In this document: piece after piece, positions 61,201 through 64,000 of the stretch | How positions within the stretch are numbered: position 1 is the stretch's first letter | How the letters are laid out: every line of letters starts with the position of its first letter | NCBI RefSeq assembly: GCF_031769215.1 | Contig: NW_026782059.1 | Coordinates: 372,001-436,000, forward strand | Length of the DNA: 64,000 nt | Origin: Ylistrum balloti | Taxonomy: Eukaryota | Direction of reading: 5' to 3' | Notes under the pieces: generated by a model | What the model was told of the DNA's origin: nothing | The model's input: the letters and a program-made list of their open reading frames with translations, nothing else | The model's database searches: none | Made by a program: the position numbers and the translations under genes

Positions 61201-63538
61201 CGAATTCTTGAATTATGATAATTGCTTTGTTTGTGCAATGTTTTAAAGATATAAAAAGGTCAAATTTTAATATAATAGGCTTAGGAATAGCCAACAATCT
61301 TTTGGTTAGCTCTGTTAACATAGGTCTTACCTTAAAATAAAGTATTCTACAGATATCTTTGATAATGGCTGGAATCTCCTGGATTTTCTCCCGACATCCT
61401 TCAAATTGTGATGCTACTGCGTAGCACTTGACAACATGAATACATACCTACAAGTATTACAATACCACTATAGTACTTATTTTCATTCAAGGACAAACTA
61501 AAGGAAGACACAGATAGCAGACAATAATAAGCTGGGGACTGTTTGTATATAAACCTCCTTTCAATTTCTCATTGATGATCTTACAAGGGGGGAGAGGAGT
61601 GCTTATTTACAGTGAAATACAGCATGCATGTATCATATGTAAATATGATTGGGATAACAACACATGATTTTATTACAAACTGAGTGATAAGTCCATGTTT
61701 ATTTGAGTTTAAGAATTAAGTTTGTGCACTCACTCACAAAGAAATGTAATGCAATTGTGTGCATTGAATGGACAGAGAGAAGAGTTAAGAACTTACTCCA
61801 AATTTGTTAGAAGGAGCATAAAACTTGTCATACACATAATAACTTATTGGTAACTAACTATAGCCAAAATCTGAGGTTACCATATTCTGAAAGAAAGCTT
61901 CCATATGCCATCTTTTCTAAAAATAAAGACACTTGTTGACATATCCATTACTTACTTGAACAGCCAGCTCCTCTGGTTTACTGGACAGACTAAGAACATT
62001 GACACATCTGGCAAACGCCTCCTGTAGCACCTGTTAAAAGAAAGTTGAGTTAAGGTTGTATGCTACCTTATACCTCCTTTTCAGAAATGTTTAGACAGTG
62101 ACTACTAACACCCGTGTCCAAGCAAGATCGGGCTGCATTGGAGGAGGTTGTTGTATGGGCTAGAGTGAAATTCAAGGCAAAGAAATCTAGGTGTATGATA
62201 AAGAGAAAAGGGAAACTAGCCCAACAGTTCATACTGTAAGTATAAGAAGAGGAAATTCCAACAACTGCAGACAACCTATGTTCTCTCCTGTTTTATTTAT
62301 TCTATTCTTTGTTATGAGGGTCCACTGTATTTATCTACAGAATAGCATTTAGTGTACTTGAAGTTTATTATTCAATAACTTTTGTTTACCTGTATTCTCC
62401 ATCTACTTACTATTTGTACCTGTACATATTCTTTATTCTTAATGGTTTGTACACTCTATTCTAATAATGCATTACATACCTGTATACCGTGTTCTCTGCG
62501 AAGCTCCTCAGCGTTGAGAGCTGAACATTTAACTGTGTGATATGCTAGCTCAGTTGCTGCTGACAACAGTGGGGCAGACTTAGAGAAGAGGGAGTCATCG
62601 CTTGTTTCCATGCGAATGGTTTTTATCAGCATCGGATATCCAGCATACTTGTAAGGTTCCAGATCTAACAAAGAATCACATTATTCACTTTCTAAATTTA
62701 ATATTCTTCATTGAAACTGAAAGGTTTCTTCCAGTCAGCACATTAACTTTGAACTTTTTATTGTAAATTTCTCAACTAAATACACACATAACAAAAAATA
62801 TGTCTGGGTGGGGAAATTGGTGTTTAGAGAAATAAAATGATGAAAAAAGTTAATAAGTAAGAAAAAAGTCAAATGCTTCATTTTATCATGGGGGGGGGGG
62901 AAACATCAATTAAAAACCAAAAAGCTGCTCCACTATACCATTGAGGGAGTGGGGGAGGGATTATTTCATTTCACCATAATGATGGTAACCATGAACCGTG
63001 GTTAACTTTACCATGGACTTCACTTATATTCCTACGCCAGGAATAAATGTGTCATGATTATCGAGGGTCCACTGTATTTATTTACAGAATAGTCTAATCA
63101 ATGTATTCCTTTTTAAGAATATAAAACCTTTGTTGTCAACATAATGGTATCTTCTAACCTGTCACTTACCATCCTTATACCTCCTAAAGAGAATGGACTG
63201 TGCCTGGAGTATTAAAACAATATTCTGGGGATCAGGGCCATCCTTCAGTCTTGACTTGCTGCACAGGAACTCATACGCTTTGTTCACTTGTTCGAACATT
63301 TCCTAGATTAGAAATTGAAACATGAACCAGAGAAAATATATAAGTGATATCTGTATACTTAAAATAATCTTCAGTCTTCATATGGAACAACTTATTAGTT
63401 TTCATCTATTCTTGATATACCAGATACCAGATAAAATAACAAAAAAGACCCTAACTCACCCGTCCTTCTGGGTTTTTGTCAGGATGGTATTTCTGGGCTA
63501 GTTTGAAGTATGCTTTCCTGATTGTGGACTCTTCATGT
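43232..63538 (-). CDS. DNAJC13: DnaJ homolog subfamily C member 13 (RME-8), 5'-partial, last 22 coding exons (about 926 aa): 63538-63460, 63302-63170, 62664-62480, 62030-61956, 61447-61331, 61008-60829, 59794-59621, 59102-58989, 58386-58270, 57928-57875, 57644-57518, 57010-56919, 56460-56361, 56057-55983, 55429-55229, 54018-53937, 53683-53467, 52809-52630, 52135-51995, 51431-51291, 50970-50871, 43329-43232
   Basis: J domain [21 protein letters not shown], then recognisable RME-8 sequence: [69 protein letters not shown]. All 21 introns are GT-AG and all phases join without stops. Confidence 0.97.
43965..44480. repeat. 77-bp tandem repeat, about 6.5 copies
   Basis: AGAAAGATATAAATATTTCC recurs at 44041, 44118, 44195 and onward. 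Confidence 0.95.
46767..47260. repeat. 137-bp tandem repeat, about 3.6 copies
   Basis: GCTTCCTG(G/A)CAACGGGTAGTGACA at 46767, 46904, 47041 and 47178. Confidence 0.95.
47490..47695. repeat. 56-bp tandem repeat, about 3.5 degenerate copies
   Basis: TTTGATCCCT at 47493, 47549 and 47605. Confidence 0.85.
48244..48410. repeat. 83-bp tandem duplication
   Basis: AACCAAAAGTAGGAGGTGAGAACATCTGT at 48244 and 48327. Confidence 0.9.
48441..49121. repeat. 32-bp minisatellite, about 21 copies
   Basis: Unit CTATATTACAGGTATGTATATTACTTTGTCTG, nearly invariant. Confidence 0.97.
51396..51765 (-). repeat. 61-66 bp tandem repeat, 6 copies, containing a DNAJC13 splice acceptor and the first about 32 nt of the exon
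   Basis: Minus-strand unit TATTTATTTATTTACAG|GCTGTAAAAGCTGAT..TGTCCCATTCCTTCT; only the last copy continues as the true exon (51431). Confidence 0.95.
54421..55070 (+). mobile_element. Near-complete HINE-like (Helentron-associated, pearl/DINE-1-type architecture) element
   Basis: 5' AAACAAGAGATCCC-AGA-GGGATCTT hairpin and GCCCACC; about 150-bp tandem cores (TCCAAGATGG at about 54691 and 54841); GGAC microsatellite; 3' hairpin CCCACCATCTA-TTTGAA-TAGATGGTGGG followed by CTAAAAA. Confidence 0.8.
57370..57535 (-). repeat. 23-bp tandem repeat, 7 copies, containing a DNAJC13 exon end and splice donor
   Basis: Plus-strand ACCT (minus AG|GT) at 57378, 57401, 57424, 57447, 57470, 57493 and 57516. 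Confidence 0.95.
58400..58760. repeat. 40-bp tandem repeat, about 9 copies, abutting a DNAJC13 acceptor
   Basis: Unit GACCTCAAACGTGTCACTCTATTAACTAAATATATATATT at 58441, 58481, 58521 and onward. Confidence 0.95.
62092..62278 (+). mobile_element. R2/HERO-like (RLE-clade) non-LTR retrotransposon RT relic
   Basis: [10 protein letters not shown] / [36 protein letters not shown] resembles the W-A-R-M-x-F-K-P-x-K-S-R motif that follows the catalytic DD in these RTs; it has a frameshift and two stops. Confidence 0.7.
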
Positions 63539-64000
63539 CTGAAATGAATAACAATATCATGCTTTTTGAATGAAAGAATTACTGAACATTTATAATATTT
63601 ATCAACATTTTATATGCAGTCTTACTGCTTTTCATAATGTTTGACAAAATATCAGCTTTAAATACTTTGATGTTAATTTTGAGCCCTTCATTACAGTCAC
63701 CTCCTTGTACATATAAAGAGTGATGTAGCCCACTTCCCATCCACACAAACATATTGTGATTTAGTAAAATAGTTCCCTACCTACCCACATAAATACAGAG
63801 TCATGTGGGTAATCAGCCCCCTACCTGCACATGTGAACAGTCCTCAACCGTGTCACTTAAACAAAGGATAGCGAAAGAAATTAGTTTCCTCTTCACATAA
63901 ATAAAGACTTAGATTGGAAAATATTTCCCTACCTGTCCAAATAAACATAATGTGATGTAAGAAAATATTCCCCTACCCGCCCATGTAAACATACAGTGAT

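Overview
AT-rich, intron-rich animal genomic DNA, most likely a bivalve mollusc (inferred from the repeat families and the receptor type). Four protein-coding genes were assembled by hand from splice sites and reading frame. (1) The 3' part of a probably extracellular Thr/Pro-linker + VWA + ShKT protein (+, 284-3925). (2) An apparently complete 3-coding-exon, about 1100 aa, 18-finger C2H2 zinc-finger gene (-, 13795-8666); its two small N-terminal exons are not joined in the ORF track. (3) A 6-exon, 445 aa nicotinic-acetylcholine-receptor-like Cys-loop subunit lacking the loop-C vicinal cysteines (+, 19063-34778). (4) The last 22 coding exons of DNAJC13/RME-8 (-, 63538-43232). The rest holds decayed Penelope-like, CR1-like and R2/HERO-like retroelements, tRNA-derived SINEs, MITEs, Helentron-associated (HINE-like) elements and many tandem arrays. 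The most unusual observation is that four tandem duplications are built from a gene's own functional boundary: two splice donors, one splice acceptor and one stop codon. Each leaves decoy signals beside the real one, and every decoy splice site would break the reading frame. No CRISPR array, rRNA or intact tRNA gene was seen.
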